Source: Candidatus Latescibacterota bacterium (GTDB taxonomy: Bacteria > Latescibacterota > UBA2968). From it: DNA of 64,000 nucleotides. Where the stretch lies: assembly GCA_965204375.1 (NCBI GenBank), contig OZ241986.1, forward strand, positions 4,256,001 through 4,320,000. Reading direction: 5' to 3'. The notes under the pieces are model-generated. The model was given only the letters and a program-made list of their open reading frames with translations, was not told the DNA's origin and searched no databases. This document shows positions 32,095 through 42,178 of this stretch, in pieces. The translations under genes and the position numbers were made by a program. Every line of letters begins with the position of its first letter. Position 1 is the stretch's first letter.

Positions 32095-33045
32095 ATGACG
32101 TGTAAAATTTGTAACAACGAGCAAGGCAACCAAAATTACGAGATACGAGAGATGATGTTCGGCATCGGCGAAACCTTTCGCTATTTCCAGTGTGCCGAAT
32201 GTAAGTGCCTGCAGATTGTGGAAATTCCCGCTAACATGGCACGCTACTATCCGGAAAATTACTACTCTTTTAATCAGAAAATTCACGCCAACAGAGTCGT
32301 TCGGTTCGCGTTAAAATTGCGGGACCAATACGCTTTTTCGGGCCGTGGACGGATCGGTCAATTCATTCATACGAGATATCCCAAGCCGGCGTTGCATTCC
32401 CTGCGCTTTCTTCAACTCGCGCCGACTGCAAGGATTCTTGACGTGGGGTGTGGTGCAGGCACCCTGTTGTATTCCCTCCGCGAACTCGGGATGCAAAATC
32501 TGCTCGGCATTGACCCGTTCAACGCTGAAGACATGACCTGTGAAAACGGAGTCCGCGTATTAAAGAGAGACATATTTGACATCCATGGAACCTATGACCT
32601 CGTGATGTTCCACCACGCCCTTGAACACATGGCCCAACCTGCCAAAACGCTGGTCAAAACCGCGACACTTTTAAAAAAAAAGGGCTACTGCTTGTTGAGA
32701 ATACCTCTGGTGTCTTCCTTCGCCTGGGAATACTACGGCACCAACTGGGTACAACTCGACGCACCGAGACACTTTTATCTTCATTCTCACAAAAGCATTC
32801 AGATACTCACCGAGCGCGTTGGTTTGGAACTGCGCCATGTAGCCTACGATTCTACGGCTTTCCAATTTTGGGGCAGTGAGCAATACGCCAGAAATATACC
32901 CCTGCGCGATAAACGCTCATATTTGGAAAACCCGGGTGCTTCGATATTTTCCAAAAAGGAAATCGCACAATTCGCCCAACGAGCAGAGGAATGCAACCGC
33001 ACGCATCGGGGCGATTCAGCCATTTTCTATTTTCAAAAACCCTGA
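32095..33045 (+). CDS. Class I SAM-dependent methyltransferase with N-terminal Zn ribbon
   Basis: CxxC..CxxC, ILDVGCG.G, H.LEH, W.QLDAPRH. Confidence 0.9.
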   Translation: MTCKICNNEQGNQNYEIREMMFGIGETFRYFQCAECKCLQIVEIPANMARYYPENYYSFNQKIHANRVVRFALKLRDQYAFSGRGRIGQFIHTRYPKPALHSLRFLQLAPTARILDVGCGAGTLLYSLRELGMQNLLGIDPFNAEDMTCENGVRVLKRDIFDIHGTYDLVMFHHALEHMAQPAKTLVKTATLLKKKGYCLLRIPLVSSFAWEYYGTNWVQLDAPRHFYLHSHKSIQILTERVGLELRHVAYDSTAFQFWGSEQYARNIPLRDKRSYLENPGASIFSKKEIAQFAQRAEECNRTHRGDSAIFYFQKP

Positions 33046-33150
33046 AAAGCGGTCATAAAATCTACTGCCCCACAAGGAAGAAACCATGCGCAACCTGATT
33101 TTGCCAACCCTATCGCCCTGTATTTTCCACCTGACAATGCCAATTAAGAC

Positions 33151-34740
33151 ATGAACAAAAAACGCCAACAAAAAACATCCACCCCCCTCTTTAACCTCGC
33201 GCAACACGAAAGCAAACCCTATTTCTTACCCGCGCTGGGCCTGTGCGGTTTGCTCATGGGCATTCTCCTTTTCGACGCCAACCTCTCCCTCACCGGCGAC
33301 AATGCCCAATTCATCAACCTGGGCCGATCCCTTGCCGATGGGTATGGACTCTCGGAAACCATAGAAGGCGAACCCATCCCACACACCAAATACCCCTTTG
33401 GATTTCCGCTCCTCCTCGCCATCACCGACATCCTCTTCCCGGGCAACCTCATCGCACTCAAAAGCCTTATTGTCCTCCTCTACGCCATCTCAATCCCCCT
33501 CACCTATCTCCTCATCCGCCGCTTTGCCAGTCCCCCCATGGCACTCGGCGTAAGCGCGCTATGTCTCGCCTCCCCTCTCCTGTTGGATTATTCGCACCAG
33601 GTCATGTCCGAAATCCCCTTTCTCCTGTGTTCACTCATCGCACTCCTCCTCCTCCACCGCGCACACAACGGCTCATCCACGAAGGACACCAAGGACACGA
33701 AGGGGAGAGCAACTTTTCTTCTTGGTGTTTCTTCGCGTCCTTCGTGGATCCTTCTCGCAATCATCGCAATCATCGCAGCCTACTACATCCGCAGTGCGGG
33801 CATCATCCTCATCGCCACCGGCATCATCTTTTTTGCCCTGCACAAAAAATGGAAAGAAGCGGGATTCATCGCCATAGGCAGCAGCATCCTCGCCCTCCCA
33901 TGGCAAATCCGCAACGCATCACTCGGCGGCACCCCCTACATCGAACAACTCCTCAGCATAAACCCCTATCGCCCGGAAGAGGGCATGCTCACATTCACCG
34001 CCCTGATCGAACGCATCCTCGCAAATCTCGAACTCTACAGCCAACTCGTCATCCCCTACATCTTGCTACCCTTTTCTATCGACACCAGCGCTTTTGCCGG
34101 CGTCGGACTCTTCTTCTCCGCCCTGATCCTCTACGCCCTGATCGTCGGACTCATAAAACGGCACTTGCTCATCGTGTACCTCACCTGCTATCTGGGCCTC
34201 TACATCCTCTGGCCTGATATGTGGTCCGACACGCGCTTTCTCGTCCCTGCCATCCCCATCCTCTTCTACGCCATCCTCACCAGCATGGACGAACTGCTCC
34301 GACTTCTCGCCCGAGCACTCAAAAAAACCGCCTCGCGCGCGGGCACTGTACTATTTTTTCTCTTTCTCCTCGGCTCAAATATCCTTGAAACCAACTACCT
34401 CGCCGAACGCATCGGGTGGTTACCACCCAACTGGGACACTTACTTTGCCGCGGCAGAATGGATTAAAGACAACACCGACCCAGATGTCAAAATCGCCTGC
34501 CGCAAGCCGTATCTCATGAACGCGATTGCCAACCGCAAAGCCACGAACTACGCATGGAAAACCCCAGATGAGGTGATTGCCGAATTTGAACAAAAAAACA
34601 TCGACATCGTCGTCATCGACCAGATCGGATATCAATCCACATCCGAATTTCTCGTCCCCGCGGTCCAGGCACATGAAAACCGCTTTGAAATCATCCACAT
34701 CGCACGCAATCCCAACACCTACGTCTTAAAATTCAAATAA
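33151..34740 (+). CDS. GT-C (GT39-like) membrane glycosyltransferase
   Basis: GDNA.F..L..SL, KYP.GFP, MSE.PF, RFL.P; contains a 75-bp palindromic insertion. Confidence 0.82.
   Translation: MNKKRQQKTSTPLFNLAQHESKPYFLPALGLCGLLMGILLFDANLSLTGDNAQFINLGRSLADGYGLSETIEGEPIPHTKYPFGFPLLLAITDILFPGNLIALKSLIVLLYAISIPLTYLLIRRFASPPMALGVSALCLASPLLLDYSHQVMSEIPFLLCSLIALLLLHRAHNGSSTKDTKDTKGRATFLLGVSSRPSWILLAIIAIIAAYYIRSAGIILIATGIIFFALHKKWKEAGFIAIGSSILALPWQIRNASLGGTPYIEQLLSINPYRPEEGMLTFTALIERILANLELYSQLVIPYILLPFSIDTSAFAGVGLFFSALILYALIVGLIKRHLLIVYLTCYLGLYILWPDMWSDTRFLVPAIPILFYAILTSMDELLRLLARALKKTASRAGTVLFFLFLLGSNILETNYLAERIGWLPPNWDTYFAAAEWIKDNTDPDVKIACRKPYLMNAIANRKATNYAWKTPDEVIAEFEQKNIDIVVIDQIGYQSTSEFLVPAVQAHENRFEIIHIARNPNTYVLKFK
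33675..33749. repeat. In-frame 75-bp palindromic element inside the CDS
   Basis: ATCCACGAAGGAC...GTCCTTCGTGGAT; related to the intergenic repeat at 43174-43201. Confidence 0.8.
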
Positions 34741-34821
34741 CATTCACATTTGTAAAAAAACGCGCCCTTTGCTATCTTTGTCTTTTAACTCTAATCCTCT
34801 AACCTCAACAACACGCGCCCC

Positions 34822-35751
34822 ATGCCCGACCTCAGCCTCGTCATACCCCTGCTCAACGAAGAAGAAAGCCTGCGCCCGCTCATGGAACAAATCCGCGGCG
34901 TGCTCGCCACCCAGAACCGTACCTACGAAGTCATCTTCATCGACGACGGCAGCACCGACGGGTCAATCACCGTATTGGAAGACCTGCACAACACCCATCC
35001 CGAAGTCAAAGTCATCCAATTTCGGCGCAACTTTGGCAAAGCCGCTGCTTATACCGCCGGATTTCAACGCGCACGCGGCACTTATGTCATCACTATGGAC
35101 GCCGACTTGCAAGACGACCCCGCGGAAATCCCCAACCTCCTATCCAAAATCGAAGAAGGCTATGACCTCGTCTCTGGATGGAAGAAAAAGCGCTTTGACC
35201 CACTGGGCAAAACCCTGCCCTCCAAATTCTTCAACTGGGTCACGGGCTTCGTTTCCGGCATTGACATACACGACTTTAACTGCGGTCTCAAAATCTATCG
35301 CAGCGAAGTCACAAAAGACATACGCGTACTCGGCGAACTCCACCGCTACATCCCCGTACTCGCCCACATGGAAGGATATCGCATCGGTGAAATACCCGTC
35401 CAGCACCACCCGCGACAATACGGCGTAACCAAATACGGCTGGGGGCGCCTGCTCAAAGGATTTTTTGACCTCCTCACCGTCATGTACATCGGCAAATACA
35501 TGGGCCGACCACTCCACCTCTTTGGCACAGTGGGCCTCATCTTTGGCATCACGGGCATGCTCATCAACGCATACATCGCATCCCTCTGGCTCCAAACCGG
35601 CACCATTCAATACCGGTATCCCCTCCTGATGCTCGGGGTTTTTCTCACCGTACTCGGCGTGCAATTCGTCTGCACGGGCCTGCTCGCCGACATGCTGACC
35701 CGGGGACCACAGCCCAACGAAAAATTCAACATTCGAAAAATTTTGGACTAA
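34822..35751 (+). CDS. Polyprenol-phosphate glycosyltransferase (ArnC/GtrB/DPM1-like, GT2)
   Basis: NEEE, DDGS.D, RNFGK, MDADLQDDP, two C-terminal TMs. Confidence 0.92.
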   Translation: MPDLSLVIPLLNEEESLRPLMEQIRGVLATQNRTYEVIFIDDGSTDGSITVLEDLHNTHPEVKVIQFRRNFGKAAAYTAGFQRARGTYVITMDADLQDDPAEIPNLLSKIEEGYDLVSGWKKKRFDPLGKTLPSKFFNWVTGFVSGIDIHDFNCGLKIYRSEVTKDIRVLGELHRYIPVLAHMEGYRIGEIPVQHHPRQYGVTKYGWGRLLKGFFDLLTVMYIGKYMGRPLHLFGTVGLIFGITGMLINAYIASLWLQTGTIQYRYPLLMLGVFLTVLGVQFVCTGLLADMLTRGPQPNEKFNIRKILD

Positions 35752-36876
35752 ATGACACCCAAAAACATTCTCATCACCGGCGGCATGGGATTCGTCGGCT
35801 CCTACCTCGTCGATGAACTCGTACAGCGCGGACACCGCGTACGCATCTTTGACAACCTGGACCCGCAGGTACACCCCAACCGCGAATTGCCGGACTACGC
35901 CAATCCCCATGCCGAATTTATCCAGGCCGACATCCGCGATTACGACGCCTTAAAAAAAGCCCTTCAAGGCATTGAAATCATCTTCCACAAAGCCGCCGCC
36001 GTTGGCGTGGGACAATCTCAATACGAAATCAAAAAATACGTTGACGTCAACACCGGAGGCACGGCGAACCTGCTCGACATCCTCGCCAACAACAAACACA
36101 ACATTGAAAAACTCATCGTCGCAGCCTCGCAAACCAGCTATGGCGAGGGCCTCTACACCTGTGCAGAACACGGCACACAACACCCTAATCTCCGCCCAGA
36201 AAATCAGCTAAAAAGAGCCCACTGGGAACACAAGTGTCCCGTATGCGGTGAGGACATGTCCCCAGCACCTGTACCCGAAGACGCCCAACGCTTATGTCAC
36301 ACCATCTACGCACAAACCAAAACGCATCAAGAAGACATGGTCCTCAACATCTGCCGCACCTACAAAATACCCTCAGTAGCCCTGCGCTACTTCAACATCT
36401 TCGGACCCCGGCAATCGCTCTCCAACCCCTATACGGGTGTAACCGCCATCTTCATGAGCCGCCTCAAAAACAACAAAAGACCCGTCATCTACGAAGACGG
36501 CAAACAATCGCGCGATTTCATCTCCGTCCACGACATCGTCCGGGCCAACATCCTCGCCATGGAAAAATCTGAAGGAGATTACCAGGCATTTAACGTCGGC
36601 AGCGGGATCGGCACATCCATTGAACACATCGCCCTGACCCTGTCCAGTATCCTGGGCATCGAACACCTCGCGCCCGACATCCCCGGAACCTATCGCCAGG
36701 GCGACATCCGTCACAGCATCGCCGACATCTCGCGCATAAAAAAAACACTGGGCTTTAAGCCCAGTGTCAGTTTTCAACACGGCATGGAAGAACTCGTCGA
36801 ATGGGGGCGAGACCGAGAAGCCATAGACGGCTTTGCAAAAGCGCAAGACGCACTACAGCAAAGAGGTCTAATTTAA
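35752..36876 (+). CDS. NAD-dependent epimerase/dehydratase
   Basis: TGG.GFVGS, Y...K, LRYFN.FGPRQSLSNPYTGV. Confidence 0.92.
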   Translation: MTPKNILITGGMGFVGSYLVDELVQRGHRVRIFDNLDPQVHPNRELPDYANPHAEFIQADIRDYDALKKALQGIEIIFHKAAAVGVGQSQYEIKKYVDVNTGGTANLLDILANNKHNIEKLIVAASQTSYGEGLYTCAEHGTQHPNLRPENQLKRAHWEHKCPVCGEDMSPAPVPEDAQRLCHTIYAQTKTHQEDMVLNICRTYKIPSVALRYFNIFGPRQSLSNPYTGVTAIFMSRLKNNKRPVIYEDGKQSRDFISVHDIVRANILAMEKSEGDYQAFNVGSGIGTSIEHIALTLSSILGIEHLAPDIPGTYRQGDIRHSIADISRIKKTLGFKPSVSFQHGMEELVEWGRDREAIDGFAKAQDALQQRGLI

Positions 36877-37034
36877 ACCGGAACAAATTCACGAACGGGA
36901 ACCCGTTCCCGTGTCTCGTGATCTCGGCGCAGCATTGTCCGAATTTTTTCAGACCGGTCAACATCACCGTGAATCGCATAAAACAGCGCGCGATACGCCA
37001 TCTGGTCGCGTTTTTCCAGATCGATGCACATCAT
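36873..37034 (-). CDS. Unannotated 53-aa small protein (below the ORF-track cutoff)
   Basis: MMCIDLEKRDQMAYRALFYAIHGDVDRSEKIRTMLRRDHETRERVPVREFVPV; SD AAGGAG 7 nt upstream; sigma54 promoter upstream. Confidence 0.65.
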   Translation of the reverse strand: MMCIDLEKRDQMAYRALFYAIHGDVDRSEKIRTMLRRDHETRERVPVREFVPV

Positions 37035-37083
37035 GTCATATCTCCTTCTATGGGTGACAGTTTTTCAGTACCTTTATCTATAA

Positions 37084-37099
37084 AGCAAATCCCGTGCCA
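37084..37099 (-). promoter_or_regulatory. sigma54 -24/-12 promoter
   Basis: TGGCAC-GGGAT-TTGCT on the minus strand. Confidence 0.8.
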
Positions 37100-37276
37100 T
37101 TTATGCCATTTTTGTAAAAATTTTATTTAATAACTGATTTTACAGAACTTATCAAAAAACGCTCATATCTAACTGAAAAATTCATGTGGCAAAAATGGAA
37201 CATTATGGTCAAAATGACCACCTATAACCCAACAAATTGGCACATTTTTCCCTATTCTCTTCAGGAGTAATCCTTC

Positions 37277-38560
37277 ATGCTCGACATCAATCTCATTCGC
37301 AAAAACCCCGAATACGTCATCCAGGCATTGAAAAAACGCATGGACGACATCGACTTCACAGACCTGCTCGTCTGGGATGAAAAACGCCGCACGCACATCG
37401 CAGAAGCCGGGCAGCTACGCGCAAAACGCAACAGCGTCTCCGCCCAAATCCCCCAAATAAAAAAAGCGGGCGGAGACATCGCCCAGATACAAACGGAAAT
37501 GCGCGACGTCTCGACCCGCATCAAAACCATTGAAACCGAACTCGCGGAAATCGAACACAATATCCATCAGTTTATCGAAAGCCTCCCCAACATACCCGCA
37601 GACGACGTACCCCCCGGAGACAAAGAAAACAACCGCGTCGTACGCACATGGGGCGAAAAACCCGCACCCGACTTTGATCCCTATGACCACATCGACCTCG
37701 TCACCCATCTTCGCCTGATCGACTACGAACGCGGCGTCAAAATGGGCGGAACGGGATTCTGGCTCTATATCGGCGACGGCGCACGCCTCGAATGGGCCTT
37801 GCTCAACTACTTCATCGACAGCCATATTGACGACGGCTACGAATTTGTACTCCCCCCACACATACTCAACGAAGCCTGTGGCTTCACCGCCGGGCAATTC
37901 CCCAAATTTGCCGACGACGTATTCCACCTCAAAACGGGCGACGACAAAGTGCAATTCCTCTTGCCCACCTCTGAAACCGCATTGATCAACTTCTACCGGG
38001 ACGAAATCATCCCCGAAACCGACCTGCCCAAAAAATTCTTCTCCTACACCCCCTGTTACCGCAAAGAAGCCGGCAGTTATCGGGCACAGGAAAGGGGCAT
38101 GATTCGCGGTCACCAATTCAACAAAATCGAAATGTTCCAATTCACCCGTCCCGAAGACTCCGAAGACGCGCTCGAAGAACTCATCCACAAAGCCGAAAAA
38201 CTCACCCAGAGCCTGGGCCTGCATCACCGCGTATCCATGCTCGCCGCAAAAGACGTCAGCGCTTCCATGGCCAAAACCTATGATATTGAAGTCTGGATCC
38301 CCAGCATGAACGAATACAAAGAAGTCAGCTCTGCATCCAATGCGGGCGACTACCAGGCAAGACGCGGCAGCATCCGATTTAAACGCACAGAAACCGGCAA
38401 AAACGAACTCGTACACACCCTCAACGCCTCGGGCCTGGCGACCAGCCGCATCATCCCCGCAATCGTCGAACAAAATCAAAACAGTGACGGCAGCGTCACC
38501 ATCCCCGAAGTCCTGAGACCCTATCTGGGGGGAAAAGAAATTTTTGAACCCGTGGATTAG
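37277..38560 (+). CDS. serS: Serine--tRNA ligase
   Basis: MLDI..IR, PTSE, R.EAGS, RGHQF.K.E, E.SS.SN, HTLN.SGLA. Confidence 0.97.
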   Translation: MLDINLIRKNPEYVIQALKKRMDDIDFTDLLVWDEKRRTHIAEAGQLRAKRNSVSAQIPQIKKAGGDIAQIQTEMRDVSTRIKTIETELAEIEHNIHQFIESLPNIPADDVPPGDKENNRVVRTWGEKPAPDFDPYDHIDLVTHLRLIDYERGVKMGGTGFWLYIGDGARLEWALLNYFIDSHIDDGYEFVLPPHILNEACGFTAGQFPKFADDVFHLKTGDDKVQFLLPTSETALINFYRDEIIPETDLPKKFFSYTPCYRKEAGSYRAQERGMIRGHQFNKIEMFQFTRPEDSEDALEELIHKAEKLTQSLGLHHRVSMLAAKDVSASMAKTYDIEVWIPSMNEYKEVSSASNAGDYQARRGSIRFKRTETGKNELVHTLNASGLATSRIIPAIVEQNQNSDGSVTIPEVLRPYLGGKEIFEPVD

Positions 38561-38577
38561 TTCCTATTTACCAAAAA

Positions 38578-38629
38578 ACAAACAAAGCCCGCCGGAAAAA
38601 CCGACGGGCTTTCTTATTATTCTGGTAGC
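38578..38629. terminator. Terminator hairpin plus TGGTAGC; degenerate copy of the tRNA-Met 3' end/terminator
   Basis: ACAAACAAAGCCCG..GACGGGCTTT..TGGTAGC, compare 40392-40449. Confidence 0.7.
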
Positions 38630-38751
38630 CCAACTGTTCCACTATGCAAAAAATGCTTAAAGGCTTGCATAAAATTTGATATATGATATTTTATCAAAAC
38701 AAATCGCAATAAATTATAACGACAAATCAAACCATAATCTCGGACAAGACC

Positions 38752-39366
38752 ATGAAGCCTCCTAGTTTTATTGAGAAATCAGTTTCAGAGATGGCTGTTC
38801 CTCGATTCAAAGAGCATAAAACGACTCAAATCGCAGTGTTATTAGTAAAGTATAGTGGTGGCAAAATTGATCTGTATAAGCTAATTAAGCTAATTTATCT
38901 TATTGATAGAGAGTCGTTGAAACGCAGAGGCCATCCCGTGACGTTTGACCGGCCCTATAACCTTCCATTGGGACCTACACCGAGTCATACTTATCATTTG
39001 ATTTGGAATCCTTGGGACGGGGAGTATTGGTCTCGGTCTTTTTCGCTTCCGAACAAAAACATTATCAGGTTACTCAATAATGATATAGGTAATGGAGAAT
39101 TATCCCAATTTGAGATAAATTTAATCAGTGAGATATATGAAGAATTTGGAAATAAATCGTTTAATGAATTAAAAAAGTATGTTCATTCTTTGCCAGAATT
39201 TGATGACCCTGGTCACTCTTCTGCGCCGATGGAGTGGGACAGGCTACTCAAAGCCGTGGGGTGGACTGGTGATGACTTAGTCGCAATAAGAAAAGAGTTT
39301 AATGCCATAGCAACGTTTGAAAACATGATTGATAATGCGACTATGAGTGAAAATACAAGAGAGTAA
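38752..39366 (+). CDS. Panacea (DUF4065/SocA-like) domain protein
   Basis: KL.KL.Y..DR..L...G.P.T.D....LP.GP.PS, L....H..PE; start could be 38791. Confidence 0.82.
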   Translation: MKPPSFIEKSVSEMAVPRFKEHKTTQIAVLLVKYSGGKIDLYKLIKLIYLIDRESLKRRGHPVTFDRPYNLPLGPTPSHTYHLIWNPWDGEYWSRSFSLPNKNIIRLLNNDIGNGELSQFEINLISEIYEEFGNKSFNELKKYVHSLPEFDDPGHSSAPMEWDRLLKAVGWTGDDLVAIRKEFNAIATFENMIDNATMSENTRE

Positions 39367-39547
39367 GGTACGATACTATATGGTATTTGCAGGCAAATGT
39401 GTCTTACTTGACGATTCAGGTAGTTGAAGTGCGCCCCATTAGTTGAACCGATATTAAAGGCTAATTGCCATTGGGTATCAGCGTAGTATTTTCTTATACA
39501 AAGATATGATGGTCAAATATCCACCAAAACGGGGCAAGTCCAGATAT

Positions 39548-39874
39548 TTAGCGAGACGATACTGTTTCCTGCAGAGGATAAAAAGAAATTCGAATCTGTT
39601 TATGTAAAGCGGCGGCGATTCGCCGTAGCATAGCAAGTGAGTGTCCTTCGTAGTCTGCATTTTCAAGTCTGCAGATAACAGATGCCGATGTCCCAACCTT
39701 TTTTGCCAATTCTCGTTGGGACAGTCCAGACTCAATTCTGATCTGGTAAAGTTGGGCAGCAACTTCGGCGTGTATTCTTTCTGTTTTTAACAGGGCTTCC
39801 ATTTCCTGGTCGCCTTCAACATAGCGTTTGTGAAGAATCGCTACGGCATCGGTAGTTTTGTGTGTTTTCATCAA
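39548..39874 (-). CDS. XRE/HTH antitoxin (HigA-like)
   Basis: R...GLSQ.ELA..VGTS.SVI.RLE.ADYEGHSL.ML.RIA.AL. Confidence 0.88.
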   Translation of the reverse strand: MMKTHKTTDAVAILHKRYVEGDQEMEALLKTERIHAEVAAQLYQIRIESGLSQRELAKKVGTSASVICRLENADYEGHSLAMLRRIAAALHKQIRISFYPLQETVSSR

Positions 39875-40245
39875 TCATTCTCCTGCGAATAGGTGTGTCG
39901 CCCGGGGTTCTGTTCAAAATTTCTTTTTCTTTGGATTGCGAGGTTAATTTCTGTGGAAGGTACGCGCTGTTCTTTAACAATACCGTGTGAAATCACAGTG
40001 GCATTACGACCGAAAAAAAAGTAAAGAAGCCGATATTGAATGCCGCGATAAGCGATGCGAAGCTCATAGATGTCGTCTCTCAAGTAATCAGATTCGGGCC
40101 TCCGAAGTTCATAACCTAATTTTTGGAGTCGTTCAATTTTCACGATGCATTTGGCTTTGACTTTAGGAAGGAGTGCATCAAGCCAGGCGAGAACTGGAAT
40201 GTTTCCATTCGTTTCTTGATAGAATATGACCTGGATTTCCGGCAT
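39871..40245 (-). CDS. RelE/ParE-family toxin (HigB/Gp49-like)
   Basis: P...WL..L, L.RP...L...IYELR, YR.LYFF, HG..K; toxin-first order. Confidence 0.88.
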   Translation of the reverse strand: MPEIQVIFYQETNGNIPVLAWLDALLPKVKAKCIVKIERLQKLGYELRRPESDYLRDDIYELRIAYRGIQYRLLYFFFGRNATVISHGIVKEQRVPSTEINLAIQRKRNFEQNPGRHTYSQEND

Positions 40246-40442
40246 TGAGTATCGTTATTTCCTGAGTGAAGCTTTCTATATTTATTTTAATGTTCTCAAA
40301 TTTAAGAACAAAGTCAACAAATTTTATTCTTGAGCAAATGGAGTTACTCCGTTTTAGTGGACAACGTTATACCCCTCTACTCTCCTCAATTACAAACAAA
40401 GCCCGTCGATCACCACCGATTGACGGGCTTTGTTATTTTTTG

Positions 40443-40518
40443 TGGTAGCGGCAGAGGGACTCGAACCCCCGACCCATGGATTATGATTCCACTGCTCTAC
40501 CAGCTGAGCTATGCCGCC
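40443..40518 (-). tRNA. tRNA-Met(CAT), elongator-like
   Basis: GGCGGCATAGCTCAGCTGGTAGAGCAGTGGAATCATAATCCATGGGTCGGGGGTTCGAGTCCCTCTGCCGCTACCA; Ile2 not formally excluded. Confidence 0.95.
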
Positions 40519-40576
40519 ACATAATATCAGGGCGAGAAAAATACAGGAAAACGCTTATAGTGTCAAGCATACAAAA

Positions 40577-40766
40577 GAAGTTAGAAGGAAGAAGGAAGAA
40601 GTGAGAAAACCCCGCTCCACCACACAAAAGCTGGTGTCTCATTCTCCTTCTCACTTCCTACTTCACACTTCACACTTCCTACTTCACACTTCACACTTCA
40701 CCCTTCCTACTTCACACTTCACCCTTCACACTTCACACTTCCTACTTCACACTTCACCCTTCTCAC
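40577..40766. repeat. Heptamer tandem repeats (GAAG..A)n ... (TTCACAC/TTCCTAC)n
   Basis: About 17 heptamers at 40645-40766, with a complementary block upstream. Confidence 0.88.
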
Positions 40767-40822
40767 TTGACAACCACCTCAATATAAGGTATTCATGAAA
40801 ATATACATGGAGGACCTTGTCG

Positions 40823-42157
40823 ATGAAACCTGTACTCACATTCCTCGTACTCCTTCTGGGACTCGGTTTACCCACCCGGGCAGAAGAAGTACACGTCGCC
40901 AAAATCAACGGCACAATTGAAGGCGGCGTTGCCGCTTTTGTCACGCGCGTCATGAACGACGCAGAAGACGCGGGCGTCAAAGCCGTCATCTTTGAAATCG
41001 ACACCCCTGGTGGTGCCCTCGACGCCGCGCTCACCATCCGGGACGCCATACTCTACAGCGAAACCAAAACCATCGCCTTCATCAACCCCCGCGCAATATC
41101 TGCAGGTGCCCTCATCGCGCTATCTACCGACCACATCATCATGGTCGAAGGCGGCACCATTGGCGCGGCCACAGCCGTTGATATGCAGGGCAACAAAGCC
41201 AGTGAAAAAATCATCTCGTACTTCCGCAACGAAATGAAAGCCACAGCCGAAAAAACCGGCCGCTCCTCCAAACTGGCCGAAGCCATGGTCGATGAAGACG
41301 TCGATGTCGAGGGCCTCGCCCCCAAAGGCAAGCTCCTCACCCTCACCACTGAAGAAGCCATTGAAAACGGCATCGCCGACCACAAAATCGCCGAAAAAAA
41401 CGAATCGGAAAAACTCATCGCCGTACTCAAACACTACGACCTCGTGCAGGCCAGCATCATCCACCAATCGACCAACTGGGCCGAACAACTCGTGCGCTAT
41501 CTCACCAACCCCTACCTGGCCTCGCTGCTCATGACCTTGGGATTTCTGGGCCTGATCTTCGAAATCCAAAGCCCGGGCTGGGGCATCGGCGGCACCATCG
41601 GCTTAGTCTGCCTGGGACTCTTTTTCGGCAGCCACCTCCTCGTCAACCTCGCCGACTGGTCTGAAATCCTCATCTTTTTTATCGGCATCGCACTCATCCT
41701 CCTCGACCTGTTCTTTGTCATGGGCTTTGGCCTCCTCGCCATTCCCGGCGCAATCCTGGTCTTAACCAGCCTGTTTTTAAGCCTCATGGGTCGCTATGAC
41801 CTCTGGACCTGGAACGACATCAACGCCGCGCTCACCCCCTTGCTCTTATCCGTGATCCTCACCGGTGTCCTGACCATTCTCATTTTGCGTTCCCTCCCAA
41901 AATCCAGAATGTGGAACCGCCTTGTACTCGACACCGAAGAAAAATCCTCCGAAGGATATGTTGCGGCACCCTACAGCGACCTCCTCGGCATGTCGGGCAC
42001 CGCATTCACAGACCTGCGCCCCGGAGGTACCGGCGTATTTGACGGTCGCCGCATCAGCGTATCGACCGAAGGCGAATACTTAACCAAAGACACACCCGTC
42101 ACAATCATCGAAGTCGAAGGCAGTCGCGTCATCGTGCGAAAAATCGAAGACACATAA
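40823..42157 (+). CDS. nfeD: NfeD/YqeZ-family membrane serine protease
   Basis: IDTPGG, A.SAGALI, KLLTLT, TM bundle, C-terminal OB-fold TDLRP.G. Confidence 0.92.
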   Translation: MKPVLTFLVLLLGLGLPTRAEEVHVAKINGTIEGGVAAFVTRVMNDAEDAGVKAVIFEIDTPGGALDAALTIRDAILYSETKTIAFINPRAISAGALIALSTDHIIMVEGGTIGAATAVDMQGNKASEKIISYFRNEMKATAEKTGRSSKLAEAMVDEDVDVEGLAPKGKLLTLTTEEAIENGIADHKIAEKNESEKLIAVLKHYDLVQASIIHQSTNWAEQLVRYLTNPYLASLLMTLGFLGLIFEIQSPGWGIGGTIGLVCLGLFFGSHLLVNLADWSEILIFFIGIALILLDLFFVMGFGLLAIPGAILVLTSLFLSLMGRYDLWTWNDINAALTPLLLSVILTGVLTILILRSLPKSRMWNRLVLDTEEKSSEGYVAAPYSDLLGMSGTAFTDLRPGGTGVFDGRRISVSTEGEYLTKDTPVTIIEVEGSRVIVRKIEDT

Positions 42158-42178
42158 GTCACTTTTAAGGAGCTTTTC

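Noticed and set aside
37031-37039. ATG-ACA-TGA as a selenocysteine start
   Set aside because: Too close to the SD; the other frame gives an uninterrupted 53-aa ORF with good SD spacing
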